Both the position numbers and the translations under genes were made by a program. DNA of 64,000 nt, taken from the NCBI RefSeq assembly GCF_009914755.1, contig NC_060937.1; one strand, given 5' to 3'. Source of the DNA: the human T2T-CHM13v2.0 reference genome, Homo sapiens. Below, piece by piece: positions 13,595-27,769 of this stretch. The notes below the pieces were generated by a model. That model saw nothing but the letters and a program-made list of their open reading frames with translations, had not been told where the DNA came from and did not search any database. The stretch's first letter is position 1. Each line of letters opens with the position of its first letter.

Positions 13595-13907
13595 GGCTAG
13601 GCGTGGTGGCTCACGCCTGTAATCCCAGAACTTTGAGAGGCTGAGGCAGGTGGATCATGAGGTCAGGAGATCAAGACCATCCTGGCTAACACAGTGAAAC
13701 CCCGTCCCTACTAAAAATACAAAAAAATTAGCCGCGCATGGTGGCAGGTACCTGTAGTCCCAGTTACCATGGAGGCTGAGGCAGGAGAATGGCATGAATC
13801 CCGGAGGCAGAGCTTGCAGTAAGCCGAGATCACAACACTGCACTCCAGCCTGAGCAACAGAGTGAGACTCTATCAAAAATAAATAAATAAATAAATAAAT
13901 AAATAAA
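13595..13907 (+). mobile_element. AluY-like with (AAAT)n tail
   Basis: Y diagnostics: gagatcaagaccatcctggctaacac, gagaatggc, gagcttgcagt; TSD core acctga. Confidence 0.95.
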
Positions 13908-14819
13908 CCTGAATGAGACTTACAGCCCAAAAATGGATTTATGATGCTGGGCAGTTTAATGTTTAGTCATTCATTGGTGATATCCTGGTATCAATTTCTG
14001 GGCCCAGATTACTTCAATTTAATTCAATTTGTTCAAATAGATTCCCTGGTAAAGTACTTTACCCTCAACCCCGCTTGACTTTTGGAATACAACTTAATGT
14101 TTTCTGTAAATAAATAATTTTAAAATACTGATTGCAAGCAACTGTTTATCTCTCTGTGTAGGTAAGCAAAAAGTTGATAATGTTCAGCTGAAGGAGAATT
14201 TCTCTATTTGTCAGGCACTGTCAAAGTGGCTTCTTTGCTCCTTATGTTCTATTTTGAGTCAATCCTCACTTTATTTTCCCTCCATACATAAATAGGATTT
14301 CTATTGGTATGAAGAGGCACCGTTTCTTCTCCCTCCCTGTTCTAAGATTCTATGCATTTATGAGGGTCTAGTTTAATATCTTCAAAAGTTTTCAATCAAG
14401 ATTATGCCTTCCTACTGCCCAGTTCCTGTGAAATCGGGGTCCTGAGACCCTTTGTATCACTATTTCTGAACCTGTGCATTATGAACTATCTGGCTACTTG
14501 TGTCCCTTGGGAGCTTTCCAGTTCTCATTGTCCCCTGCTCCAGTTTGTTAGTTATACTATCAAAAAACTGGCAGACACGTATCGTTGACTTCTTGTTCAA
14601 TGACAGCTCAGACATGCTGCTGGTTCAAAAGCAACCTTATATGTTGGTGTTTTAAGGATAGAGGCTTTCCTTGTGACAGGATCCCAAGCTATCCTCCCTC
14701 TATAAGCTCCAGCCATACATATATCTGCTCATTTTTTTCATTTGTGCCATGTAGCTATGAATCTAGGAGTGCAAAAGGTGTGAACATGGTCCAAAATACA
14801 AGAAAATACATTTTTCAAA

Positions 14820-14985
14820 GCAGTGGAGCCATTTAAATTTCTAATAGTAGTGTATAAGCAGAGTTTCTATTGATTCCTTCTCTGATCCTTGCTATCATCT
14901 GTTTTCTGAATTGTGATCAGTACCTCCTTGTGGTCTTAGTTTACCCTTCTCTAACTGCAAATGAAGTAGAATATCTTTCCATACC
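14820..14985 (-). mobile_element. Old L1ME fragment
   Basis: Antisense L1 3' motifs (cttgtggtcttagtttacccttctctaact..aatgaagtagaatatctttccata). Confidence 0.55.
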
Positions 14986-15289
14986 ATGGATGACCCCAAA
15001 CTGTTTATTTTACTGAATGAATTATCAGATCTTAATATCCTGGAATATCTGATAAACAGACTTAGAATTCCAGATGGAGTCATAATATCTTTGGAAAGAT
15101 GAGGTTTATTTGATGAGATTTGTTTAAAAAAAATGAAAAAGCCCATAATTACCTCCCTCAGAGAAACCCCAGAGAAGTTGCAAAATCTCCTTAAGTTTTT
15201 CCAAGAAAATACTCTGAGAGAAGTTAAAAAAGTAACACAGGCCAGTCCCCTCCACCACCACCAACAATAAAAATTAACAAAGCATAACA

Positions 15290-15495
15290 CAGGCAAATTG
15301 TGAAAAATTCAGTTAGAATAGCTTCATAGAAATAATTTGAATATGTTGTGAAATTTTTAGTGGAAATGCAGAATTTACAAAGTCAAAAACACTTTGTGAA
15401 TTAAACTATAAAGGGGGAGTCTTATCTTCAAAGAGTGAAACTTAAAATTGGATTGATTAAAACAGGCCACTGGCCATGGGATAGCAAATAGAATT
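15290..15495 (+). mobile_element. Old L1ME ORF2 fragment
   Basis: tggaaatgcag...gtcaaaaacactttg...ggatagcaaataga. Confidence 0.45.
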
Positions 15496-17165
15496 ATCCT
15501 TAATGTTAGGGTCTAAAATTGCTGGTTCTGGGTGGCTGTGCTACCTAGATTCATATGGTAGTTCTGCTCTTTTATTCCTGAAACATTTATTGTATAGTGA
15601 GGAATTTCTTATCAAGACACTTTTATAGTTTCAAAGTTCAATAAAAATAATGTAGCATAAAACTGAGAAATTTAATGTTTTACTTTCATTTTAAAGTGTG
15701 TAACGATGTTAAGGTTTTATGTGGAGCCAAGTAATATAAAGAGTTTGATGAATGGTGTATTTAAGTTCATGCAAGGCATTGAAATTCTATACCAAAACTA
15801 AATAACTATAGCTTAATGTGAATGCACTGTAAATCACTGAATTTCAAAAAATTATATTGAACTGAAATATGCTAGCATTGTTAAAACCATTTTGGGTACT
15901 AATGTTTTAAAAACACCTAGATAACCATAAAATTATATAAATAAAAATTTTCACCTTAAATGTTTTGATAAAATAATACGAAATATATAATTGTTTTCTT
16001 ATAATTATTGTGATTATAATAGTGCTTTATTTTTATACAGTCTTGTTACCTTAAACATCCTCAATTGAATTTGATGGTTTGAAATCCCATTGGATTGATG
16101 GAATAGACTTGCATATTTAAATACCTCTCAGAAATTGAGAGTTCTACAATAAGGTCATCTTTATGTACAAAGTAAAGATATTACAAAAAATTGTATAAAA
16201 TAAATTCTGTTCTTTGATTATGAGCCAAAAAGGGACTTAATGTAAAAACAGAAAATCCTACATTTAGATTTTTCTCAGATGTTAATATAGAGCAGGAAAA
16301 TACTAGTATGGTCCTTGTTCCTCTTACTTACATAGTAAAATTAACATGTAAGCTGCTACCAAATAAGCTAATGTTATCAGAAGAATCATTTGGGCTAATA
16401 CAGAATAAACCTTGGTATTTTATAACAATACAATTAGTATAATATATTTATTGTTAAAGGAACATAGTACGTTTTTTAAAAGAAGAAAAATTTACAGAAC
16501 AGAAAAGGAGGCAAGATAAATTAAAATGTTTAATTCCAAAAATAATATAATCAAATTAAAATTCAATTAAAACTGAAAATGAGTGTCATAACATTACTAA
16601 ATATCATAGTAATATGAAGAAATTATCTACTTAGAAGATATATATAAGTTTGGCTGACTAAAATATATACATTTATAACTTCGTAATGTCATTATGTAGA
16701 TACATCAAATAATGACAAAATGAAATGTTTATAGAAAACTTTGGGAATTAACATGCTGGAATGTCCTTATCAGCTCTAATTGTACCAGTGGGTGGAACTT
16801 TCTTTCCCTGATAAATCACCAAGAGCACTGTCTTAAAGAATCTACCAACTTCTGACTTAGAACTATAAAGAATTGTAATAAGAGTGCACTCCAATGGAAA
16901 GAAAATGAAAACGATTGACTAAATGACCCATCAGATAAGCAAGTATATAGTCACACAAGTAACAGTTGATGAGACATCTATTAAAGAAAAATTTACTATG
17001 CATTCATCGTCAGATTTAAACAATGAGGAGAAATCCAGAAAATCTTAAGCTTTATGCAGTAGTTTTATCGCTTACATTAATATTGTATTATTTTCTTCTA
17101 TTTGTTTCTCACATGGAGCAAATAAGTAGGTATGCCATTTTCATTAGGAAGCAAATTATCCATTA

Positions 17166-17480
<315 letters not shown>

Positions 17481-17729
17481 CTAGCATAACAGAGAAGATA
17501 AAAATATATTGAATGAAAAAAAGATTCAAGCATTTTAATGTAAAAATTGAACTGTAAATATTTCATCAAAATTCTTTATCTGTTGATCTGTACAGTCTTC
17601 TCTAGATCTATTGATTGAAATGGACTAAGATCAATTCAGCCTATACCAGATGTCTATTGGTCTATTTGTATTTTGTCTTCTTGTCTATTAGTATTTTTCC
17701 GTTGAAAGTAACTAGGAATCTTTGGGAGG

Positions 17730-17945
17730 GTTAGTTGATCCCATGTCAGGAGCAGGAATGTACAAGCAGAATCTGGAACACTTGGCTGAGTCAGAAAGAA
17801 ATGAAGCTTTGAAATAGTAATATGGTCATGCTAAGCACATAGAGGACACACAAAAGAAGTTGTGAATACTTGAGCATCAAAAGGAGAATGATGACTGTAA
17901 TTACTTAAAATACATTGAATCTATGAAAAGGCCATAATAGTGAAC
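17730..17945 (+). mobile_element. L1MC/MD 3' region fragment
   Basis: ggagcaggaatgtacaag..gaatctggaacac...aaaatacattgaatctat. Confidence 0.65.
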
Positions 17946-18489
17946 CAAATGGCAAATTAACATAAGATGGTTTTATAAGAAGATTAATATAAAAAAATCT
18001 TTTGAGCCTTCTTAGATATACAATATTATCAACACTTTTATCAAGAATGTATATGAAAATTAGCTAACATGACAAAAATATTAGGAGACTTTCACTGACT
18101 CAAGGAAGGAGATCAGTTAAATAATAACATACATTGTAATATGAAGTTAAAGAAAACCATGTGAAATATCTGAAAATTAATTATCATTTCAATTATTGAT
18201 CAGTGTTCTACACACCTAAAAAATATAAAAGGATGCAAGAATTCATCAAGTCTAAAAGTCTTTAACTAAAATTTGTACAGCAGAGGACCCTATTAAGTTC
18301 TAAAGTCTTTAGAGTTAGGGGAAAGATGTTTATGTAACTCAGTTTATCAACCATAGAGGGAGCTGCATAACTCTATAAGTAGAAATATGAATCATGTATT
18401 GTTTTCAACTGAAATCCAACAGCATATGCTAAGTGATCATATACGTTCTGAAGTAAACTACTGAAAAAGTTTAACATGTCCCATGCAGT

Positions 18490-19027
18490 TGAGAGAGACA
18501 AATGGAAAAAACCCAGTCAGGCAGGCAGTTAGAGTGGGTCTTTGGTTGAATTCTTTCAAACAAAAGAACAGCTTGTAGAAACAGATAAGGGAATTTGCAC
18601 GTGGGGTGGGGTTGGGGGGAGGGGGCTTGCCTAAGATGTGCCCACAACTGCACAGATAAGAAAAACTACACAAGTGACTTGCCCAGACATGCCCGCAATG
18701 GAAAATTCCATGAGCAAAGCAATATGGAGAAACTCAAGCTAAGGGCCCTGCATGCACATTAGGAGGACAGGGTGGAGCCACCAGAATTCATGCTTTATGC
18801 AAATGAGATGCCCTGCCCTCATCAGTTTCTTTTAAAAGCCTTTGCATTCCACTGTAAAAATGGCAACCCTTTTTCTGGGACCCCATTCTGTAGCGAAAAG
18901 CTGTTCTCTTTCTTTCGCCTATTAAATTTATGCTCTAAACCTTACCCTTGTCATGTCTGAGTCCTTGATTTCCTTTGCCATGAGAACAAGAACCTCGAGT
19001 GTCACCCCAGACAATGATGCTGCTTCA
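18490..19027 (+). mobile_element. ERV1 solo LTR, LTR9-like
   Basis: TGAGAGAG...TGCTTCA termini, perfect TSD CAGT (18486-18489/19028-19031), ATTAAA poly(A) signal at about 18921. Confidence 0.88.
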
Positions 19028-19123
19028 CAGTTACCACATGTAGGCTAAATCTCTGATAGTAAGTAATCTCAAGTAATCTCAATTAAACGAAGATAGTAAT
19101 TTTTTTTTTCTTAGTAGATAAGG

Positions 19124-19431
19124 TTTTTGTTTTGTTTTGTTTTGTTTTTTGAGATGGAGTCTCACTCTGTCAACCAGGCTGGAGTGCAGTGGCATGATCT
19201 TGGTTCACTGCAACCTCTGCCTCTGGGTTCAAGTGATTCTCCTGCCTTAGCCTCCTGAGTAGCTGGAACCACGGGCATGTGCCACGACACCCAGCTAATT
19301 TTTGTGTTTTTAGTAGAGGTGGGCTTTCACCATGTTGGTCAGGTTGGTCTCAAACTCCTGACCTCAAGTGATCCACCAGCCTCAGCCTCCTAAAGTGCTG
19401 GGATTACAGGCGTGAGCCACCACACTTAGCC
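19124..19431 (-). mobile_element. AluS
   Basis: Antisense dimer with (TTTTG)n tail; TSD t(a/g)gataag. Confidence 0.97.
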
Positions 19432-21112
19432 TGGATAAGCATTTTTTTTTTTTTTTTTAATCTCAGATTTAGGACTAAGTAGACAAATGTTTCTGAGAAC
19501 CAAGCTCATATTATTAATATTTTTGTGTTAAGGAGGTTTTGCATATTTACCAATTTATGTGCTTGTAGTACATAAAATGTTTTAGCTTTTTCAAATGGTA
19601 GTATTATAACATTAATTTGAAAATATATTTTAGCTTAATAAATAGTTGCAAAATATTTTAGTTCAACAACTAGTTGTAGTTAGTTTAATAATTTTTAGCT
19701 GAAATCTTAGTAAGTTATATTTAGTGTTGAAATATCTAAAAGATATTTAATTTACTAAATTGATAAAAATTATGTCAGTATTCAAGAAACTGCTATTGTC
19801 TAAATTCAGCATTCGAATACTGGAAAGGAAAATTTAGTATGGCAAATAAAGTTTCAAATGCCCTAATGTGTTTAATTAAGTTTCTCTCTGTGATAAACAT
19901 TTAAAAATCTTTAGATATGACTGTTAAAATTTAATAGTTTATCAATAACCAGTGAATCGAGAAACCAAACTACACTGGGTATGTTCAGTCTGAAACCTCA
20001 TTTATTCAATAACTCCTTGTGATAACTGCAAAAATCTTTCAATGCACAAGAAATAGAAAAACATTTTAAAGTTGAAACATCATGGAATATCATGGATATC
20101 AAAAATAATATAAATTTTAATTTCTGTTTTATATTCATGTTCTACAAATACGAAGATGTAAAATACTTCAGTGTTCCAGTTATTTCTCAGTTTCGTTTAA
20201 ACAAGTAAGAATAGAAAATATTTGCAAATTCAATTTATTTCAGTGCTTATATAATTATTTATTGTATTTAAAAATTCAAACATGTTATCATAATAAACCC
20301 AACTTGACTTCTTTATTTTAGTATTGAGTGACAAAAATCAACACTTGGGAATGGAAGAAAGGGCATGGCAATATTCTATGACCATTTCTTTGTGGTGTTC
20401 CCTGTAAGGCATTAGAATGCACATTGTCACTATTCACTATACTCTGGAGAACTGGCTTCAGAGCTGAGTAGGGGATTTTACTTAAGTTCTGTTGGGTGAC
20501 TGCCCCAGTTGGCAAGAACCAACTCTCTTCAATTAGATATAGATTTTGTTTTATTAACCAAAATTCTAAAACTATATCAGGTGTTGCCTCTAGTAGTACA
20601 AAAGAAAGCAATAACTTTTCCACATTTTAAATTTATTTATTGCACCAACAAAATTCGAATATTTAATTATTATAATCGTTACCTCTAGCCTTTAAAGCAC
20701 TAACCACCAATTATCTCACCCGCTGACCGCCAATCTCAGTCTGCTCAGAACCGTCCAATTTTATCACTGAAACTCCTCAGTTCCAAGCATAAGCGAGCAG
20801 GCAGTTCTGCGTTTAAATTATTTTATGTATAGCTGTTTTTATAGCATTGTTGTTTATAGCTGTGCTTTATAGCTACTTGAGTATTACTAGACACTTACCA
20901 AATCTCTCTCCTAGGAAAACATTCTAGGTGTTTCTGCTGAGGAAGTTGGGTTGAGCTACTCATGTTCTAGTATTAACTTGAACACAAAATTATGATGGTA
21001 AAAGTTCTTGGAGATTTCAGATTTTATGAATGAAGTCATCAAGTCTCTGCTTATTCTTCCCTAAGAAATGTTACAAAATCATTCTGATGGAAAGTTCTGT
21101 ATCACAATTAGC

Positions 21113-21452
21113 TTTGCTTTTGTTTGTTTGTTTGTTCATTTTTTGATGTTGTTTTTAGAGGCAGTCTTGCTCTGTTGCCCAGGCTAGAATGCAGTGGTGT
21201 GATCACAGCTCACTGCAGCCTTGAACTCCTGGGCTCAAGGTACCCTCCCGCCTCAATATCCTGAGTAGTTAGGGCTAACAGGTAGGAGCTACAATGTCCA
21301 GCTATTAATATCTTTTCTTTAAAAAATTTGTGGAGATGAGGGTCATATTATGAATACAAAGCCTTAACTGGTGTCAAACTCTTGGCCTCAAGTGATCATC
21401 TTCCTTGAATTACCAAAGTGCTGGGATTATAGGCATGACTCATTGCACCAGC
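21113..21452 (-). mobile_element. AluJ
   Basis: Antisense, diverged; J-type gatcacagctcactgcagccttgaactcctgggctcaag. Confidence 0.92.
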
Positions 21453-22458
21453 ATTGTTTAGGTTTAGAATTCAGCAGTCAATTGTAATTTGTCTCTGCAA
21501 TGATGCAATGATACAGTGAATCAACATGAGCAGAACTTGATTAGAATGACTGAAAGCTTGAAAGCTCAGAGTGGTAACAGCTCTGCCAATACATGTCTTG
21601 ATGGTCATTTTTTAGATACAACTAGACTGTTACTACTAGGTTAATCGATTGCCAAGAAAATTCACAAAAGAAAAGAAACTACAAAAAGAAATGCATAGTA
21701 GTACTGTTAAAAGACATTAAACCTGAAATAGAAGAAATACATTTACAAATGCACAACAAAGGCACAAAAAGAAATGGCAATTTTCAGAGTAACATATTTG
21801 AGGAATATGTAAAGGGCTTTATCTTTGTGGTCTCTGAATATACTTAATAACTTTCAAATATGTAAAATAATATATATTTTAATGAAAACTCTTAACTCAA
21901 TAATTTTAAAATAATATGTAAAAATCCTACAATATAGACTTTACAATTAAGAAATTTAGCTTTCAAAGTGAATATTCACCTAGTGGGAAATACTTTATAT
22001 TAACAGTAATAAAGATGTATTTTTGTCTCTGATTTTACTTTGCAATATAGTGAAGAGTACTAATCAGAAAATCTTTCAGGCTAATATATTAAAACATATG
22101 TGCCTTTACTGAAAAATCAAACATTGTATAATTATAATATCATTTTCTTATTGATTTACAATATGATCTGATGAGTGACACAAATTTACGAGGCCATGTT
22201 CAAATATCACCCTTAGCCTTAAATCCTCTACCTCCTAGCCCTACCTATAGGCCAACCAACCCATTTTCTGCGCTACTGGATTTTGCCTCCTCTGACTTCC
22301 TCAAGGATTTTATGTCTGAAATTATTTTATTTTTTCTGTCTCATCTCTGTGTCATCAGCAGTTTTTTTTTTTGCTCCACTTTCACTAGCTAATTCCAAAA
22401 TAGTACTTGAGATTCTTTACAATCTCTGCTTCATAATAAACACAGCTAAGCAATTAAT

Positions 22459-22460
<2 letters not shown>

Positions 22461-22499
<39 letters not shown>

Positions 22500-22500
22500 A
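22461..22500 (+). repeat. (AAAT)n microsatellite
   Basis: Seen directly. Confidence 0.95.
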
Positions 22501-25500
22501 ACCTCCCCAAACCTTCAACAGATGGTTTGGTAGATTTGTGAGATGGGAAAATGAAATCATTCATGAAATTCACTGTGATATTATTCTTTTGAAAAGATTA
22601 TCTACTACTGTTTTATTAAGTAGGTTTGGTCAAGACCTTCAGTTTATTTTCTGTTAGCCTACATTAGAGAAAAATTAATAATATCTATTAATCCTCCATA
22701 TTAAACCTACAGATAATTATTCTTTCATAAAGGAACCTTGCTCCCTGGCATTCTGTTAAAAAAAAAAAAAAAAGGAAAACAGGTTTTTGTTTACTCCAAA
22801 ACACAAAGAAAGTTGTAATTGGATTTTAACTTAGGCCCAAATTCTGCCGTGGATAACATAATTAAACAGAATTAGAAAACTCTCACACTTTCTGACATGT
22901 TAACCTCAATAGCCTACAATAACAATTTGTGATCTACTGTCAGTCACTAAGTGTCAACCCTAACTCTTTGAAAAAGACATTGCTAGTAGACACCGGATTG
23001 AATGTCATAGTACAGGTGATAGTTGAATTCTGCTTATCAGTGCCCTGAAGGAAAATAAAGAGAAAGTGAAGCTTTTTGCTGGCTTTTTCTTCTGGTGATT
23101 AAATTTTTTATCACATTGTGAGTATATAAAAAAAATATTATTTGGCCTGGAGAGAGACATTCTGAATTTCAAAAAATCTCTATTCTATTATAGTCTATTC
23201 ATTAAATAAATTATATTGACTTGAATTGATTTGAGTCCACTCCTATACATAAACTGCAACAATGGTCATTATTGGGTATGATGGGGTGGGAAATGCCAAT
23301 GTCCCCCCTTTGCTTTGTTCTCTGATCTGAAGAAAAAAATAATCTTCAAAGCTATTTCTAATTGCCAAGCAATAGAAGTTGAGTGATAAGGCAACTATTA
23401 CCAACTTTATTAAAAATTTATATATTGCAGTCATCGTATTATTTTTAAATGCCCTTTAGAATATCATGCAAGAGAAAAATGTCTGTTGTAGGAAACTGAA
23501 TATCTAAATCCGTTACATTTTGTTGAAATGTGTCAGGAGTCTAAAAACATCATCCATCTTCAAAATGTGAAATTTATGAATAAATGACCTGAAGATCTGA
23601 CTTTTGAAATATAATCTGTTGATCGTACTGGAAACTGATGAGTATGTATCGCTATTCTTTGGAGCATTTGGGCATTTGTTTACATTTTGGATCTGCCTCT
23701 TGATTGTGGTGTAACATTGTACAATGTACTTAAATTTGAGATGAAAGAATCAAACTCCTGGAATGTTGTTTGGACTGAATGGCAAAAAGCACCCAGGTAT
23801 GCATCTGGAAGTTATTATTTATAATTATAGACCAATATATTTTCTAGAAGCTCTGAGAATAAGATAAAACCATTGTGTAATTTAACTGAAAAGGCTGAAC
23901 TCATATTTCGTTTCCTTTGAAACAGGAGAGATCTAAAGTAGCCTATACTACCTCTTAGACATTTTGTTTGTTTTTCATTGAATAACATTAACTGATCGTA
24001 TAATCACAAAATAAAATAGCCTCCAAAAAATAAATGTTCCATTTAGTATGTTGAGAATAATTATTGGCAAAAAAAGTGACCTACTCTTACTTTTAAATTT
24101 TTTTAATTAAAATGTAATTTAAAAAATTCAATATAAACTAAAACATTATCCTATTTATGCTATTCATAACATGGAATAAAATCAAAGTAGAAATTATCAC
24201 ACAGAATTTAAAGCATAAATGTTAATTATAAACCTGGCCAATAGGAAATTAGGATGTACTTATTAAGTAGTTCCATTAAGATAAGTTATCCTAATATGGC
24301 TCTTAAATTAGCTCAAAATTTACATAAAAAGCAATAATTATGAATATTAAGGGCCATATCTACTGTTTTATTAACAGCATCTTCTTTGCATTTAGTAACT
24401 GAGGTAAGGAGGGCATATTTAAAATATAATAATCATAGAAATTGTCTCTTTGTCAAGCTAATCTCTTCTAGTAAAGTACAAAGGTACAGACACAACTCTG
24501 CATTTAGAACAAATAATTGCTGCTTTTTTGCCTTTATTTTAACATTAAACTTTTCTGAAGAGTGTAGAGAATGCCATGGGACAGAATCCAGCATCATAAT
24601 TCAATTTTATCCAACAAACGGCACACAAAGCCCACATTTCCATATAGAGTGGAACGCCAGGAAATAATTATCTACTGTACATTTAAATTTTTGTAGTGTA
24701 ATTAAAGAAATTTAGACTAAATGACTAATCAACTTGCCTTGAATTGTAACAAGTAACAGTAAATATAAAAAGGTGTGTATACCACAATGTTTTCCAAACA
24801 ATTTGGCTTGGTAGTGATTACATACTTTAGAAAACTTCTGCATACTGTTGTACAATTTAGACTGACATCTAAAAATTTGAACCATGAGTTTAAATACTTG
24901 CAAGGATATAATTCCCAATATGTTACATGTAGATAAATTTAGAATTACATTAAGCATTTACATGTATAAATGTAATCTAACACCATAATATTTGATAATA
25001 ATAATCATTCACTTACAAATACATAAGCAAGCACTTCTCTAATAGGTGTCAATTTTATGATGTCTCCTTTTGTTTTAAAACTTGTACTACCACTCCAGTT
25101 CCCCAGCAGAAAGTAAGCCCATCATCTTTTATTAATCTCCATATCGTACACCCTGAAATGAACAATTCTTCATACATACTCCACATGCACTTGAAATTCA
25201 CTTTTTATTTCTATGATTAGAAGTTTCCAAATTTTAAAATAAACTATTCAGATTGAGTTTTCATTTCAATTGTTAATAAGAGTATTAATAAAGCCAATAC
25301 AGAATACTATAAATTTCACTAATGGATAATTATTTAAAATACTTTTCTTAATGAGAGAGGAAACATAATACTTATTGCTAGTATGCCAACCAAGTACATA
25401 ATAAATTTTATAGTTATGTATTTTTCAGGTGCTATAATTGGGAAAAAATCATTTATGTAAATGAGAATGGAAAGTGTTTTGTTATAACATTTCACTCAAT

Positions 25501-27769
25501 GATTTGAATTCCATTAGAATTACAGGCTAGGAATCATACACTGGTTGAATGTTACAGTTAATATTTATAGATTTATTACCTGATAATTTACTGATCTTTT
25601 CAATTTTGTTGAAGAAAAAATGCAAAAAGATTCTTTTATATGTAATTAGAGTCAATCATATTTTAGTTTCTTGGAAGTATACTGTACCTGTTAATTTCCC
25701 ATTTAGAGAAACTCCTTTATAAACTGAAATACTTAGATAATTTGGGAAAATTAAATTATTTTCAATCTCAATACACACTTTTCAATTATATACTTTTAAT
25801 TAAAATATACATTTTATCATATGCTTAAATATATTTTCTGGAAAATTTTAGAGCTACAGGTTTAGTTCAATGAATATCAAAATCATCTTTCATATAAATG
25901 AATTGGCAAACCCAGTCTTCATTGTCTAAGCAATCAGCCAAATGAGATTTGCTTTTTGTTATAAAAAGGCCGAATTTATTTTTTCATCTAAATATTTGTA
26001 TTAATATAGATTCCTATGACCACAATCTCTATTCTAGTTCTCATTCTCATTCAGTCTAGAACTCTCTTTCTCTCTCAAAAGATGGAAAGTGGGTCTTCCT
26101 ACAATTAAAAAGATTTGGAATTGTCCCTTGTTTAGGTGGCTCAGGGTTTTTAATATCAATGACAATGCAAGATAAGAAGACTCAGGATGCCCAAGAGGCA
26201 TAAACTTCTTTTGCAGTGCTAGAGACGGGGAATTGAGAAGAACGACATCAAAGAAGGAACTTATGGGAAGGAGTTTGTGTGGAAGTTGAGGATCTAAACA
26301 GCCATGCACGTGTACCCTTTGGGAAATCTTAACCTCCCAGGTATAGGTGTATGCCAAGGTCAAGACCAATGGGAAAAAGAACAGGTTTTAGCTGTATCTC
26401 CCAAATTGCAACTGCAAGGATTGTCAAGATGCAAGAGGTGGTGAGAATGAGAAGAGGCATTAATTTCAGGTAGAATAGGGAAGTTAAAAATACTAGAGAA
26501 CCAAACGAAGGGACCCCAGGTTGTGATGTGAGAAATGAAGAGAGCGTTCTTGAGGGGACATATTGCTGGCTGGGGTCATGATCTGTTTTGATATCCTCAA
26601 ATTCTAGATAATAAGGCCCATATTCATACAGAGTCCATTGGAATGAGGTAGCGCATCTTCATGCTCCAACTATGAATTCTCTTACACTTTCTAGAAGCAG
26701 AATCCTTATTAATAGTAAAGCAATGCTGTAGTCCTTTGTACCTTTATGGTTTCCATTTCCCACTGAAATAGTCAATAAATCCTAGTACTTACTGAAATAA
26801 TATTAATCATGCCATGACAAAAATATCACCAATAAATTGATATATATGATTTTTTTTGCTCAAGCAGTAATTTTTAAATAATTAGGTTTTATGGTTTGTT
26901 GTTTAAAATCCAGATATAAACTCCAGTTAAATAGGCATTATGTTCTTTTAGCAGTGGTCCTTGACTCCAAGCTTAAATGCATTAAATGAACTTCTAAACT
27001 AAATATTTTCATGTGAGTTGCTAAGAGGTTTATTGAGGAATATAAATCAGTATCTAAGTTGGATAGCAGTCAGAGAGCTATGAATCAATAATTGAGAATT
27101 TGAAAATGAATTTTATGGAAAAGATAAAAAGAAGAAAATATATAATCCCTCAAATTCATTGCCAATTCAGTGCCAATTCAGTAGGGTTTTGAGTTGTTTT
27201 ATAGTAATAATTTATGACATGTAAATTCTTTTTTGGAAGAATGGTATTAATTTAATGTGGCTAAATAGACTAGGAATATAATCTGTCCACATGTAATAGG
27301 ACAGTATCTTCTGTCCTAGCTAAGAAAGGAAGCCAGAACTTGGCTTATTAGTATCTCTGGAAACACAGGTAAAAAAAATTGATGTCATCTTTTCATAGAC
27401 AATAGAATCTTTATTTCAGCCATTTTACAAATCATGTTAACATTCAAAGAAATTTGGTTGGTATTTATAATATTTTAAATGAAAGTAACTAGGTGATATT
27501 TAGTATTATAAAGGGGAATTCTGAATATTTTCTCAATTGTAATAATTAGCAAATATATCTTACTTAGAAAAAATTACTGATTTCATTATTTCAGTTTTAT
27601 ATATTATGACATCATTTTCAGTGTCACTACGTTTTTTTCTTAAACTATTGACAGATTTTGAAAGAAAATATAAAAAATTCAAATTTTTTTAGAAAAACAG
27701 TAATCAGAGTATAATAAGCATGCACATATTTAGTCAGTATTAAATATAATTTAAGAATTAAAATTTCCT

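Noticed and set aside
20318-20623. 101-aa minus-strand ORF in unique DNA
   Set aside because: Non-ATG start, no recognisable domain, length compatible with chance
23243-23345. Minus-strand acceptor-like ttttttcttcag followed by mixed sequence (possible exon)
   Set aside because: No convincing donor, recognisable peptide or partner exons
19061-27182. 10-11 bp tandem duplications (aagtaatctc x2 at 19061; tgccaattcag x2 at about 27160)
   Set aside because: Ordinary slippage events
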